Shown one piece after another: positions 39,958 through 49,737 of a DNA stretch of 64,000 bases. Each line of letters opens with the position of its first letter. The first letter of the stretch is position 1. Below the pieces are notes generated by a model. It had not been told where the DNA came from and did not search any database. It saw only the letters and a program-made list of their open reading frames with translations. The stretch is taken from NCBI GenBank assembly GCA_024231215.1, contig JAAEQR010000142.1, forward strand, positions 292,593-356,592, read 5' to 3'. This DNA is from PVC group bacterium. GTDB lineage: Bacteria; Omnitrophota; Gorgyraeia; B26-G9. The position numbers were made by a program, and so were the translations under genes.

Positions 39958-41441
39958 TATTTTATTCTCAAAACTTTCTGCTTAATCACGTTAAAAATCT
40001 TTCCTTTATATTCCTGATACGTCTTCTTTTCCCCCGGTTTATAAAAACCACTCAGGTTCAATAATACAGGAAAACTGGATAATAGAATCAGCTTTATTCC
40101 TATAGTAAGACCTAAAGACATTCCTACAAATAATAAAGACGCAGTATAAATTAAAATAGTAATCGCCAAGATCTTAAATAATCGGTCAAATTCATAGTCC
40201 ACAGGATAAAATTTATGCGATATATACCAGGTAGCAGCACAATAAAATAAACTTGTTAATGCTACAGCGATTGCTGCTCCATAAAGCCCAAACATCGGGA
40301 TCAATACCCAGGCTGCACAAAAGATAATCGCTGCAGCTATTATCTTAATATATAGAATATACATTGTTTTCTTCTTAATCAACACTCCGGTTTGGAATAT
40401 ATACTGAAGCCCCCGAAAAATAACATGCAGCATAATAAACGGAACAACCTTATAAGCACTGCGATATTCCTCCGCGGACATAACCATCAATAACTCCCGG
40501 GAAAAAAGTGTAGCCGCTAAAGAGAAAAATATCAGTACATACGCAAAATAAGTCATTGTCCGTGCATATATCTGCTTAGAATTTTCCTCTTTCATTACCG
40601 CAAACCGGGAAGCCCCAAAGTTAGTATTAAATGGTTCAATTATTAGATACCTCACTGCAAGCCCAAATCTCCTACTTAACGCATACAATCCCAATGCGCT
40701 CAGCCCTGCATAGCGGCTTAATAAGACCCTGTCTGAATTCTGGATAACAATACCAAACAACGCAGATACTACTATCGGAAAACTATAATGCAATAATGCT
40801 TTTAACTTAGGCCAATGAAAATTAAAACCACACCATTTAAACGTAATTGTCGACAATACCAGCCAGACCACGGCAATACTGATCATATTACCGATCAAGA
40901 TTCCTTTGATCCCCATACGCAGTTTTAAAACCATAAACAGATTTAACCCTAACTGGAGAAACAACTGCAAAACCGCAATACTAATATAAAGCAATGACTT
41001 TTCTTTAGCACGTAAAAAGGCAAAACTGATCTCTTTAGATAATTCCATAACAACAATACAAAAAACAATATAAAATAATCCGGCAAATTTTTGAGTTCCA
41101 AAAACCAAATGGGACAACTGGTTCGTAAACCGGCCAAGACAAGCTAAAACAAGCGCGCAAGCTACAAAAGAGAAAATCATTGCCGTACTAATAACCCGTT
41201 TTCGCTCAATCTCTTCCTTATATTCAAAATAAAAACGCAAGGTAGCATGCGCAATCATCATGCCCAACAAGGCCCTTAATATTGCTGTAGTTACATGGAA
41301 CATCTCTAATGTTCCATATTCTGCCGGCATCAAAGCCCTGGTATATAGCGGCAGCAATATAAAAGACGCAACCCGGGTCAAGATATTACCGATTCCATAT
41401 AACGCTGAATGTTTTAGAAATTGTTTAAAATAATTAAACAT
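39957..41441 (-). CDS. polysaccharide biosynthesis flippase (Wzx; MOP superfamily)
   Basis: 494 aa with about 12-14 TM segments and a Polysacc_synt-type N-terminus. Confidence 0.75.
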   Translation of the reverse strand: MFNYFKQFLKHSALYGIGNILTRVASFILLPLYTRALMPAEYGTLEMFHVTTAILRALLGMMIAHATLRFYFEYKEEIERKRVISTAMIFSFVACALVLACLGRFTNQLSHLVFGTQKFAGLFYIVFCIVVMELSKEISFAFLRAKEKSLLYISIAVLQLFLQLGLNLFMVLKLRMGIKGILIGNMISIAVVWLVLSTITFKWCGFNFHWPKLKALLHYSFPIVVSALFGIVIQNSDRVLLSRYAGLSALGLYALSRRFGLAVRYLIIEPFNTNFGASRFAVMKEENSKQIYARTMTYFAYVLIFFSLAATLFSRELLMVMSAEEYRSAYKVVPFIMLHVIFRGLQYIFQTGVLIKKKTMYILYIKIIAAAIIFCAAWVLIPMFGLYGAAIAVALTSLFYCAATWYISHKFYPVDYEFDRLFKILAITILIYTASLLFVGMSLGLTIGIKLILLSSFPVLLNLSGFYKPGEKKTYQEYKGKIFNVIKQKVLRIK

Positions 41442-41447
41442 ATATTT

Positions 41448-42809
41448 TTATCCTATAGCTTCCAAGATTGCATCTATACAACTATAAACTTCCTGCTTAA
41501 GCCAGTGCTCTTTATGGGGCGGATTATCAGTAAACGTCTGCCCGTAACGCTGTACTACATGCTGCAGGAAAAACATTATCTGCAAAGGCAACATCATCTC
41601 TTTATCTAGTTCCAAACGCTGCATATAATTTTCAATTATTTCCTTTCCCCCTACTGTAAAATCCCCGGAAACAAATCTGTCTCTTAATATCATTAAGACA
41701 CTTCTATGTTTTAAAAAACTTTCGTTATAAATCAAAAGATAAAAAATATCCAATAACGGCAGTCCCTGCTGCCGGGACAAATCCCAATCTATAATTCCTT
41801 CAATTTTTGCATTCCGGGCATTAAAAAGAATATTTTCTATTTTATAGTCACCATGGAACCAAACACTCTTTATCTGCTTGCCCATCAAACGTTCCTCAAG
41901 CATCTTTCCAATTCGACTAAGCTTTTCTTTGTATAGATCATCAACATGTCTGATCAATCGTTCTAATTCACGCAAAAAGAAACGTTTTATACCCCCCTGA
42001 TTTAGAGTTATATCTTTTGCCGTTGTTAATTGAAATTCAGTTATAAAATCTATTGCGGCAAATACCCTGTTTTTTATATCTTTATGGCTGGGATCAATAC
42101 TCACCCCGGGAACCAGCCCTTCACAAAAAAACTGTTTTCCCTGAAACTCTATATTCTGCAAAAACCCAGGCGTAAAAGAAGAAATGCTTGTTTTCTTAAG
42201 CTGTGTCAACACTCGTTTATTCTGACGGCAGCGCAATATGCTTAGCCTATCTAAGGGCACCCGTACAACCATCTTCTTTGCAACAACAATCAAAGCATGC
42301 GGTTTTCCCAGTATAAAACGATGATCACATTCAATGTTATTGTCCCGCATAACCATCTCTAAACAACTTTCCAACTGTTCCGAAGCCTTTGCTGCAACAA
42401 TCAAGTATGCCGGCTGAAAATAAAAAAATAAGGAACTATTTATTAATTTTGCCTTGAGCAACCTTTTACCGCTTATACCTGATTCCGATAGAACATTTGT
42501 TCCCTTTTCACTAATCGAAACAATGTTTTCCAGACTATGGTTAATAACATATGTTTTAAAATGATTAAATCCTGATTGCGATAACATTTTCAGGACTCTA
42601 CTCAAAGAAAAAACACCGTCCTTAGACAGTCCCTTCCCCTTGAACAGTCTCCGGTATCCATATTTATTATTGAAAATAACACATAGTTGTTTTTCTTTAT
42701 CCAGATCAGCTATCTGATTTATGTCTTCTCCGACCAATACCTTAGTATCATTACCGGGAGAAAACAACCTGAACAATTCATTATTTACCGTGTTTTTTTT
42801 AGCACACAT
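41448..42809 (-). CDS. aminoglycoside-phosphotransferase-fold kinase (second copy)
   Basis: HGDYKIENILFN ... IIDWDLS motifs. Confidence 0.55.
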   Translation of the reverse strand: MCAKKNTVNNELFRLFSPGNDTKVLVGEDINQIADLDKEKQLCVIFNNKYGYRRLFKGKGLSKDGVFSLSRVLKMLSQSGFNHFKTYVINHSLENIVSISEKGTNVLSESGISGKRLLKAKLINSSLFFYFQPAYLIVAAKASEQLESCLEMVMRDNNIECDHRFILGKPHALIVVAKKMVVRVPLDRLSILRCRQNKRVLTQLKKTSISSFTPGFLQNIEFQGKQFFCEGLVPGVSIDPSHKDIKNRVFAAIDFITEFQLTTAKDITLNQGGIKRFFLRELERLIRHVDDLYKEKLSRIGKMLEERLMGKQIKSVWFHGDYKIENILFNARNAKIEGIIDWDLSRQQGLPLLDIFYLLIYNESFLKHRSVLMILRDRFVSGDFTVGGKEIIENYMQRLELDKEMMLPLQIMFFLQHVVQRYGQTFTDNPPHKEHWLKQEVYSCIDAILEAIG

Positions 42810-44910
42810 AACGATAATTCCGTAATTTCTTTATATCTTCCATCTGGCAGTCGTCTTCCACAGCTTTTATTATATTCACCATTTCCCGAGCACTCACATA
42901 ATGTGTTTTATATTTTATTCCGTCATTATAATTTTCCTGAAAAAAAGAATACAACTTATCCAGGCCTTCATCTAATAAATAATTCATATTTTTTTCCTGG
43001 CAACCATGTGTATATAGCTTGATAAATACGTATTCCGGCTTATTCTTAATATGCACATTTGCCGCTATCCATAAACGCATTCTTTCCGGAGTAATAAAAT
43101 CACCCCTGCCAATAGATCCGTTTTCAATCCGCGGCATAACCCCCATTTTTCTATTTTTCCAGTTAAGCATTAATGGCCCCTGAACCATCAATAATCCAGG
43201 ACAGCTTCTCCTGCCTTTTTTTGCATCTCTTCCTGAATTATGTGATTTGGGCTCATCCGGATTATCTACTGCATAATAAATACTATTTATTTTAAACGTC
43301 TGGGTCGGATCCGGAGCCGAAGGCATAGTAAAATCAGCATAACAACCAGTCTCCTGTAAAATAGAAATCTCATTGTTTATACCACACCATCTTCCGTCCG
43401 GCCTTGAATTATCCAAACACCAATTACCATGAATAAATCCATATTTTATTTCTCCGGTCTGTTTGTCTTTTGACAACAATCCGTATTTATCTCTCAAAGT
43501 ATCTCTAAACCCATTTATTGTTTTACGCAGATTATCTGCGGTATCATTATTATGATGTAAATGTATTTCAACTTCTCCATATTTTTTTCTACAGATATCT
43601 GTCAGCATCTCCATATATTCATGCCGGTATTCTTCTTCCGGATAAAAGAAAGAATATTTCGGACTACATCCATCTGCATCTTTGTATTTTTCAGCAATGC
43701 GAGGATATTTTTCACGCCAATTCTTCATCCTATCTAAACCGGTTCTTGCATCAGCCGCGCCCCATAAAGGCTCAAAATGATCGCACACCGACAAAAACAC
43801 ATGTTTTGTTTTTGATACATCAGGACGTTTACTTCTTTTAATAATCCCAAATGCATAATTAATAAGCCACGGTTGCATTTTTTCCGTTTGCTTATATATT
43901 TTTTTATATAGATCAGTAATCCCGGCTATCTTGACAGTAAAAACCCGAAAGTCTTCAAAAGTAAATCCTTTTCTGTTTAAAGCATAAATCTTTGTGCTGT
44001 TATTCTGCTCTTCGTAATTAACCGTGCAAGCCGATTCATATCCGGAATCCCTGACGATATGTGTCAATTCCGCATTATAGTCTCCGTTAGGATAAGCAAA
44101 ATGCCTTACCTCTGTCCCAAGCTTTTCCTCCAGAATCTGCTTTGACTTTACAATCTCCTCTTTTGCCTGTTCAGAAGATATCTTTGTCAGAATCGGATGA
44201 GTAATACTATGGGCCCCAATCTCAACTAATCCGGATTGCTGCATCTGCTTAATCTCTTCCCAATTAAGCATCAATCTCTTTTCAAGTAGCTTATCTTTAT
44301 CCACTTCCAGCATGGACAATATTTTATCCAGCATAATTATTTTTTCTTTGTTGTCCATGGCTTTAAGCCTGCTACACATATCCACATACACTTTTTTACG
44401 TTCACCAACAGAACTCAGCAAATATTTATTGCCCCATAACTCCAATTCTGTTTTTTTAGTTTTTGCTACAGCATAATTAAGCTGGTCATACCATAAAATA
44501 TTCTTATCATTAATTGAATCAGTTGTCACAAAGACAGTCGCCGGCACACGATATTTCTTTAAAATCGGTAATACCCGTTCATAATTACATCTATACCCAT
44601 CGTCAAAAGTAAGAACTATACAATCCTCAGGAATTTTACCTGACTTTATATACCCCAACGCCTGCGATAAAGAAATAAATTGATATTGTTTACTCAAATA
44701 CTTTATCCTTTGCTCAAATTCTTCCACATTAAAATGCTCAAGCATTTTTAATAAAGGATATATTTCATCTTCGGAGCAGACAATTCTATGAGTAAACAAT
44801 ATTACAATCTGATTACCTAATATCTTTTGTCTCAGCCGGCGCAAGATGAAAATTATCCCCGTAGCGGTTACAAACAAGTAAAATATTGATTTGATAATTT
44901 TTTTAAACAT
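42799..44910 (-). CDS. polysaccharide deacetylase (CE4/NodB domain) with a large C-terminal domain of unknown function
   Basis: N-terminal TM helix, then a NodB motif region (VLTFDDGYRCNYERVLPILKKYRVPATVFV ... HSITHP). The C-terminal ~350 aa are uncharacterised. Confidence 0.75.
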   Translation of the reverse strand: MFKKIIKSIFYLFVTATGIIFILRRLRQKILGNQIVILFTHRIVCSEDEIYPLLKMLEHFNVEEFEQRIKYLSKQYQFISLSQALGYIKSGKIPEDCIVLTFDDGYRCNYERVLPILKKYRVPATVFVTTDSINDKNILWYDQLNYAVAKTKKTELELWGNKYLLSSVGERKKVYVDMCSRLKAMDNKEKIIMLDKILSMLEVDKDKLLEKRLMLNWEEIKQMQQSGLVEIGAHSITHPILTKISSEQAKEEIVKSKQILEEKLGTEVRHFAYPNGDYNAELTHIVRDSGYESACTVNYEEQNNSTKIYALNRKGFTFEDFRVFTVKIAGITDLYKKIYKQTEKMQPWLINYAFGIIKRSKRPDVSKTKHVFLSVCDHFEPLWGAADARTGLDRMKNWREKYPRIAEKYKDADGCSPKYSFFYPEEEYRHEYMEMLTDICRKKYGEVEIHLHHNNDTADNLRKTINGFRDTLRDKYGLLSKDKQTGEIKYGFIHGNWCLDNSRPDGRWCGINNEISILQETGCYADFTMPSAPDPTQTFKINSIYYAVDNPDEPKSHNSGRDAKKGRRSCPGLLMVQGPLMLNWKNRKMGVMPRIENGSIGRGDFITPERMRLWIAANVHIKNKPEYVFIKLYTHGCQEKNMNYLLDEGLDKLYSFFQENYNDGIKYKTHYVSAREMVNIIKAVEDDCQMEDIKKLRNYRYVC

Positions 44911-44919
44911 ACCTTTTAA

Positions 44920-46218
44920 CTAACCTTGTTTATTAAAATCAAACTTTTTCACATTCATCTTTGCCTCATCCAGAGTTCCAATCCCTTGAGCATGGCACAA
45001 CTCCAAATACTTACGAAATGGACCATTTCTATCATCAGGATCATTTAAATGAGATACTCGACCGCCCAAAGGATATAAAATATTCTTTGCCCCGTAATAA
45101 TCAAGAGCAACAGGGTCTGTACTGGCAATAATTGCCTTGGGCTTTGCCGCAAGATCAGTATCTGTTCTCGATCCAAACCCAACCCATTCTGCGGTAACAA
45201 TATTTAAATCTGCTTTTCTAATTGTATTCATAAAAGTCCCAACCGCTCCGCCTAAACCAGGAATCCCAATATAATGAAAATTATGATAGCCTTGGGGCTC
45301 TACGCCCTGATAGCCACAAGTCATATCTACAACACCCAGATAATTTTTCACCGAACTGGTAACTCCGGCAAAATCACTATGGTGATTTAATACCGCAAAA
45401 TTAATAAATTTAACCGGCTGTCCGGTATATTTTCCATTCTTCCAAGCACCGTTTTTAAAATCTATGCGGACACCGCTATAAGCAGATGTAAATATCGGAT
45501 AAGACATTTTTGTCTTTTTCCCAGCATAAGTAAATTCTATATCCGTCCATACATATCCATCGCCTTCTCGCGGATGAGAAATAGTTTTTCTTTCACGGTA
45601 CCCTTTAATTTTTTTAACCAGCTCTTTTATCGGTCGCAAAACTTTAGCTTTCAAAGTATCATCCAAACCAAAAGGACCGCCGTTAATCCAATGATATTTT
45701 GTTACATTAGCATGACCTTTATCCTGGAAATAATCAATTAGTTCATTATAGTTATAATCTCCATTTCTCATCTGGGTATTCCAGCCCCTAATATTGCAGG
45801 TGTTTTTAGGACCATAACAATGATGATTTTCAGCGATAATCACTTCGCCTTTAAACCCAGGAATAGCCAAAACCAATTCAATAAACATCTTCATGGAGTT
45901 AGTATTTGTCATTCCCTGATTCCACCACTGAGCATTTGGTTTTATGACCACAATATCCTCCTTGCCAATACTGCGCTCAATTCCACCCATCATCTCTATA
46001 ACCTTAGCTGTATTCTGCTCAGGAGTCCCATTCTGTGCGTGATATATGTCCGATCTATCCTCATCTTGCATTGGAACGGAATCTTTTATTTTTTCAGGAG
46101 AATCCATAACGATATCCTTCCCTTTAACTATCTTGGCTAAAAAGGCAATACCTAAAAAAGCGGTGAGTGTAACACTCACCTTCTTTATAAATTCTCTTCT
46201 TGTAATTCGATTAAACAT
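44920..46218 (-). CDS. hypothetical protein with a Tat-like signal (RREFIKK)
   Basis: Twin-arginine-like N-terminus when started at MFNRITRREF; that start avoids overlap with the upstream gene's stop. No confident family. Confidence 0.4.
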   Translation of the reverse strand: MFNRITRREFIKKVSVTLTAFLGIAFLAKIVKGKDIVMDSPEKIKDSVPMQDEDRSDIYHAQNGTPEQNTAKVIEMMGGIERSIGKEDIVVIKPNAQWWNQGMTNTNSMKMFIELVLAIPGFKGEVIIAENHHCYGPKNTCNIRGWNTQMRNGDYNYNELIDYFQDKGHANVTKYHWINGGPFGLDDTLKAKVLRPIKELVKKIKGYRERKTISHPREGDGYVWTDIEFTYAGKKTKMSYPIFTSAYSGVRIDFKNGAWKNGKYTGQPVKFINFAVLNHHSDFAGVTSSVKNYLGVVDMTCGYQGVEPQGYHNFHYIGIPGLGGAVGTFMNTIRKADLNIVTAEWVGFGSRTDTDLAAKPKAIIASTDPVALDYYGAKNILYPLGGRVSHLNDPDDRNGPFRKYLELCHAQGIGTLDEAKMNVKKFDFNKQG

Positions 46219-47260
46219 CATTATCCCCCATAAAAAAATACCAGTTTTCTTCGTTAGACACCAAAGATTTAAATGAATCGTCAAGACAATACATTAATAT
46301 ACTCATACCAGCCTCATCTCTTTTGACAAAAGAAAATGATTTCAGCTTTTCCTTTATCCGGGGACTCCCAAAACAACTGACTGAAACCGCATCACCTTTT
46401 TCTTTTCTAACAAAAGATATAAACTCAGCTAACAATTTCTTCACTGACACATCATAGTCTAAAGCGAACATATCAAAGATATGAAAAACATTGTTTTCAA
46501 TCAAAAAAACTACATACCCTATTTTTTTGTTATCCTTATTACTTAAAGAAAATATTTTATACTTTCCAGCTGCAGGCTGGTACCTCCAGTTTAAAAACTG
46601 AGAGGATCTTCTTTCCACTAATTTAAATGGATATTCCGCATTCTGCCACAACTCATCAAAGCCAGCATCAAAAGAACTGATCAATTCAGCTTTAAGCCCT
46701 GATTTATTTATAAATGCTCTTTCTTTACTAAAAATAGCTATGAAAAAATCTAATACCGCAGCAGCAATCTTCCTAAGCACCGTGATTTTAATAATTTTCT
46801 TTAATTTATATTCAGTTCTAAGCAATTTTACAAAACGCCCCATTGTACCAATCTTCTGATATCCCACTCTTAACATCAACGCTTCCGCAGCTTTATTCGG
46901 CAAACAGATAACAAAATTCACCCCATTGTTCTTGGCATCTTCTAGAACTGTTTTTTCTAATTTTAAAGCCGGGCCAAAAGCCCGGTGCGCTTTATCTACA
47001 GCAATATCACCAGCAATCGCAACTTTAATGTCCTTGCCTTCGTGCCTCATGAATCGAGGAAATAACGATACCGTTCCCACAGCCGTACTACCTTTACTTT
47101 CATCTCTGGCAATAAAACAACTCTTATGATCACCTAAACACTGTGTATACTTCCATTCATACCAATCCTGAGAATGTTCACCCAGATTCCGATCAATAAC
47201 TCCCTTTATATCGTTCTTATCATTATCAATATCTGCTTTAACTATCGTGTATTTAGACAT
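46211..47260 (-). CDS. FemAB-related / GNAT-fold protein (PEP-CTERM-system-associated FemAB-like)
   Basis: Two GNAT-like halves, about 350 aa. The PEP-CTERM locus context suggests the FemAB-related family. Confidence 0.5.
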   Translation of the reverse strand: MSKYTIVKADIDNDKNDIKGVIDRNLGEHSQDWYEWKYTQCLGDHKSCFIARDESKGSTAVGTVSLFPRFMRHEGKDIKVAIAGDIAVDKAHRAFGPALKLEKTVLEDAKNNGVNFVICLPNKAAEALMLRVGYQKIGTMGRFVKLLRTEYKLKKIIKITVLRKIAAAVLDFFIAIFSKERAFINKSGLKAELISSFDAGFDELWQNAEYPFKLVERRSSQFLNWRYQPAAGKYKIFSLSNKDNKKIGYVVFLIENNVFHIFDMFALDYDVSVKKLLAEFISFVRKEKGDAVSVSCFGSPRIKEKLKSFSFVKRDEAGMSILMYCLDDSFKSLVSNEENWYFFMGDNDV

Positions 47261-47267
47261 AATATTT

Positions 47268-48269
47268 TTACTCTAGGCTCGCCGGCATATGCCGCAGGTG
47301 TTTAGTTGTATTATACTTAGAAGTAAAATCCCGAAACGCTCTTTTGACCTGAACCTCTGTTAACCCCATAACTTCACAAACTTTTGACATATCAACTTTA
47401 TTTTCCCATGCATACAGCAACGGATCTAATTTATCAAAATCCATGCGGAAATAAAATTCCTGATCACTTACAGGCAAACTAAAGGTATCCGGACTTGGCG
47501 CACGCTCTATTATCTCTCTTATTATCCCCAGATATTCAGCAAGCTGATAACCCTGACTTTTATAAGAATGTGCCAAAGGTTCAATATCTACACCCCCGTC
47601 ACCATATTTAACAAAATCACCTTCTAAAGTTTCCGTTTTATTTGTTGTGCCACACACTATATAATTCTTCTTTTCCGCATAATAATAAAGCGTTAGCATT
47701 CTAGTTCTATGCTTCATATTCGTAGCAGCAACAATACCATTTAAAGATTCTTTTTTAAGCCGCGCTGTTTTTACATTACCCGATCCGTCATCCATATTAA
47801 GTGTAAAAAAATTAAATGCGTCTTTTTCCAGAAGATCCGGCGGCAATGTAATTTTAGTACGACACTGTTCATTATATTCAGGAAATATAGATCTTATTAC
47901 TTCATCCCTTTTTTCGTATGCACCTATCTGTTCTAACGCCCGGGTAATATCAACTGTCTCTGTCTCTATTCCCAGTTCTTTGGCGTGTTTTTCAGCGTAT
48001 TCAGCACTGATCGGATTAGACTCCCGTTCCGGCAAGATCAATCCAAATACCCGCTCTTTACCTAATGATCTTACAGATAATGCAGCAGCTAAAGCAGAAT
48101 CAATCCCGCCGCTTAATCCGACAATTACCCCTTCTTTTTTCCTCTCCCGCACCTGTTCTAAAATAAAGTTACTAATACGATCCGCTTCTTTTTCACAATT
48201 AATCTTCAAAATATCTTTATTAAAATCCATTGGTCGCTTCGCTCCTTCCGATGTGTTAATCATTTTCAA
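47268..48269 (-). CDS. NAD+ synthetase-like PP-loop amidotransferase (NadE family)
   Basis: GLSGGIDSALAAAL PP-loop. TTNKTE, KYGDGG and L.K motifs characteristic of NadE. Confidence 0.75.
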   Translation of the reverse strand: MKMINTSEGAKRPMDFNKDILKINCEKEADRISNFILEQVRERKKEGVIVGLSGGIDSALAAALSVRSLGKERVFGLILPERESNPISAEYAEKHAKELGIETETVDITRALEQIGAYEKRDEVIRSIFPEYNEQCRTKITLPPDLLEKDAFNFFTLNMDDGSGNVKTARLKKESLNGIVAATNMKHRTRMLTLYYYAEKKNYIVCGTTNKTETLEGDFVKYGDGGVDIEPLAHSYKSQGYQLAEYLGIIREIIERAPSPDTFSLPVSDQEFYFRMDFDKLDPLLYAWENKVDMSKVCEVMGLTEVQVKRAFRDFTSKYNTTKHLRHMPASLE

Positions 48270-49261
48270 GTTATTTCCAATTTTTTCTTCGCGTATTCCA
48301 CGGTAGCGTTAATACCCGGCTCGTTAATTTTTTCCAACCCAAGCTCACGGCTCATAACCCCGCTTCTAACCATCTCTGCAATCTCAAACGCATACGGATG
48401 AAAACCATACTTATCAATATGCACATGATTCGCAAATGAATTCAAAAGACAGTTAGTGGAGTTTTTATCCACATCTTTCGGAGACCTCCAACCTAATTCT
48501 CTGATCTTTGCCACAATTTTATGCTCATCATATTCCATGAACGCAAGAGGACTTACGTTATAAGGAAACGCTTCTTTATTTTTAAAATGATCCTCACTTA
48601 AAAAGTAACGGTTTATTTCCTCACCAGCTATATCCGCCATCGGCTTCCTCAATACTTCTTGAGTTGTTTTAAATAATGCTGCATTAATCTTCATTATTGA
48701 AGATCTGATTGGTGCCTGCCCCGGAGACCATCCCCAGGCCATAAGCGGAATTTTTTTCTCGATAGCTACTTTTAAAAATATAAATTTCACTAACCCGATA
48801 CAGGAAGTACACATAGTACTAGCCCGCTCCAGAGTTTTAGGTGAATACATCGGATTTTCTACTGAATGCCGGAATATTTTCTTAAGCAAACTAAAATCCG
48901 GTTTAAAAATAAGACTATCCACCCCGATAGTTTCTGTAACCGTACGAATATTAGCAAAAGACTGTTCTGAAATAAAACCATTGTCCAAGACTAATGCCAA
49001 TACTTTTAATTTAAAAATCTCTTTAAGCACATAAAGCGTATATGTGCTGTCTTTACCTCCTGAATAAGAAACCGTACAATCATACTCGCCTTTACCCTTT
49101 ACCTGCTCTAGTAATTCTTTAAATTTATTAAAATAAGTTTCTTTTTCTTCTTTAAGTTTCTCATTTCCTTTAAATTTTAAACAGTAATTGCAAACTCCAT
49201 TCTCATTAAATTTTATTCCCGGGAAAGTTTCCGGCAAAACACAGTTAGTACAGCGTCGCAT
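48266..49261 (-). CDS. N-acetyl sugar amidotransferase (WbuX/PseA-like, LPS biosynthesis)
   Basis: N-terminal zinc-ribbon Cys pairs (CTNCVLPETFPGIKFNENGVCNYC) followed by the SYSGGKDSTY PP-loop. Confidence 0.8.
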   Translation of the reverse strand: MRRCTNCVLPETFPGIKFNENGVCNYCLKFKGNEKLKEEKETYFNKFKELLEQVKGKGEYDCTVSYSGGKDSTYTLYVLKEIFKLKVLALVLDNGFISEQSFANIRTVTETIGVDSLIFKPDFSLLKKIFRHSVENPMYSPKTLERASTMCTSCIGLVKFIFLKVAIEKKIPLMAWGWSPGQAPIRSSIMKINAALFKTTQEVLRKPMADIAGEEINRYFLSEDHFKNKEAFPYNVSPLAFMEYDEHKIVAKIRELGWRSPKDVDKNSTNCLLNSFANHVHIDKYGFHPYAFEIAEMVRSGVMSRELGLEKINEPGINATVEYAKKKLEIT

Positions 49262-49277
49262 AATTCGCTCCTTGTAC

Positions 49278-49323
49278 AGCTAATAGCTCATGGCTGATAG
49301 CTTATGGTTAATGGCCTATAGTT
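49278..49323. repeat. heptanucleotide (AGCTNAT-type) tandem repeat array, 3' flank of the four-helix-bundle gene
   Basis: agctaat agctcat ggctgat agcttat ggttaat ggcctat, about 6.5 units. Confidence 0.7.
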
Positions 49324-49329
49324 AAAAAA

Positions 49330-49686
49330 CTATCGTTTTAAAGTATTTCTAAAAGCATGTAGCATTTTAGAAATGCCTTCACATCTGTTATACAAATTAT
49401 CAAATTCCATTTTGCTAATATATTTTTGCTCTAACGTTATATAGAGTAACGTTACCACCTCATTTAAAGAGCCTATTGCAATTTGAATAAACCTTGAAAA
49501 ATCATTATTTGAACGTCTGCCTTCTCCTTCAGCAATATTCAAGCTTATTGAAACTGCCGCCCGATTTAATTGACTAGTTAATCCAAACTGTTCAGCTTTA
49601 GGGAATTTTCTTGTCACCTCATAAATCTCTTTTGCAAATTTAACTGCCTCTTCCCATACTTTCAATTTTTCAAACTTAAATGCCAT
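49330..49686 (-). CDS. four-helix-bundle protein (TIGR02436 family; '23S rRNA intervening-sequence protein' family)
   Basis: 118-aa helical protein with the family hallmarks (KFE.L.VW..A......Y..T..FP..E...L.SQL.RAA.SI..NIAEG; FIQIAIGSL.E). Confidence 0.85.
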   Translation of the reverse strand: MAFKFEKLKVWEEAVKFAKEIYEVTRKFPKAEQFGLTSQLNRAAVSISLNIAEGEGRRSNNDFSRFIQIAIGSLNEVVTLLYITLEQKYISKMEFDNLYNRCEGISKMLHAFRNTLKR

Positions 49687-49707
49687 AATATTATATTTTT
49701 CTGTCGA

Positions 49708-49737
49708 CCATCAGCTATTAACTATTAGCCATTAGCT
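49708..49737. repeat. heptanucleotide tandem repeat array, 5' flank of the four-helix-bundle gene; overlaps the last 3 codons of the ligase gene
   Basis: ccatcag ctattaa ctattag ccattag ct. Confidence 0.7.

Noticed and set aside
49330-49686. Four-helix-bundle gene as part of a 23S rRNA intervening sequence
   Set aside because: There is no rRNA sequence anywhere in the window; the gene lies between protein-coding genes of the polysaccharide operon.
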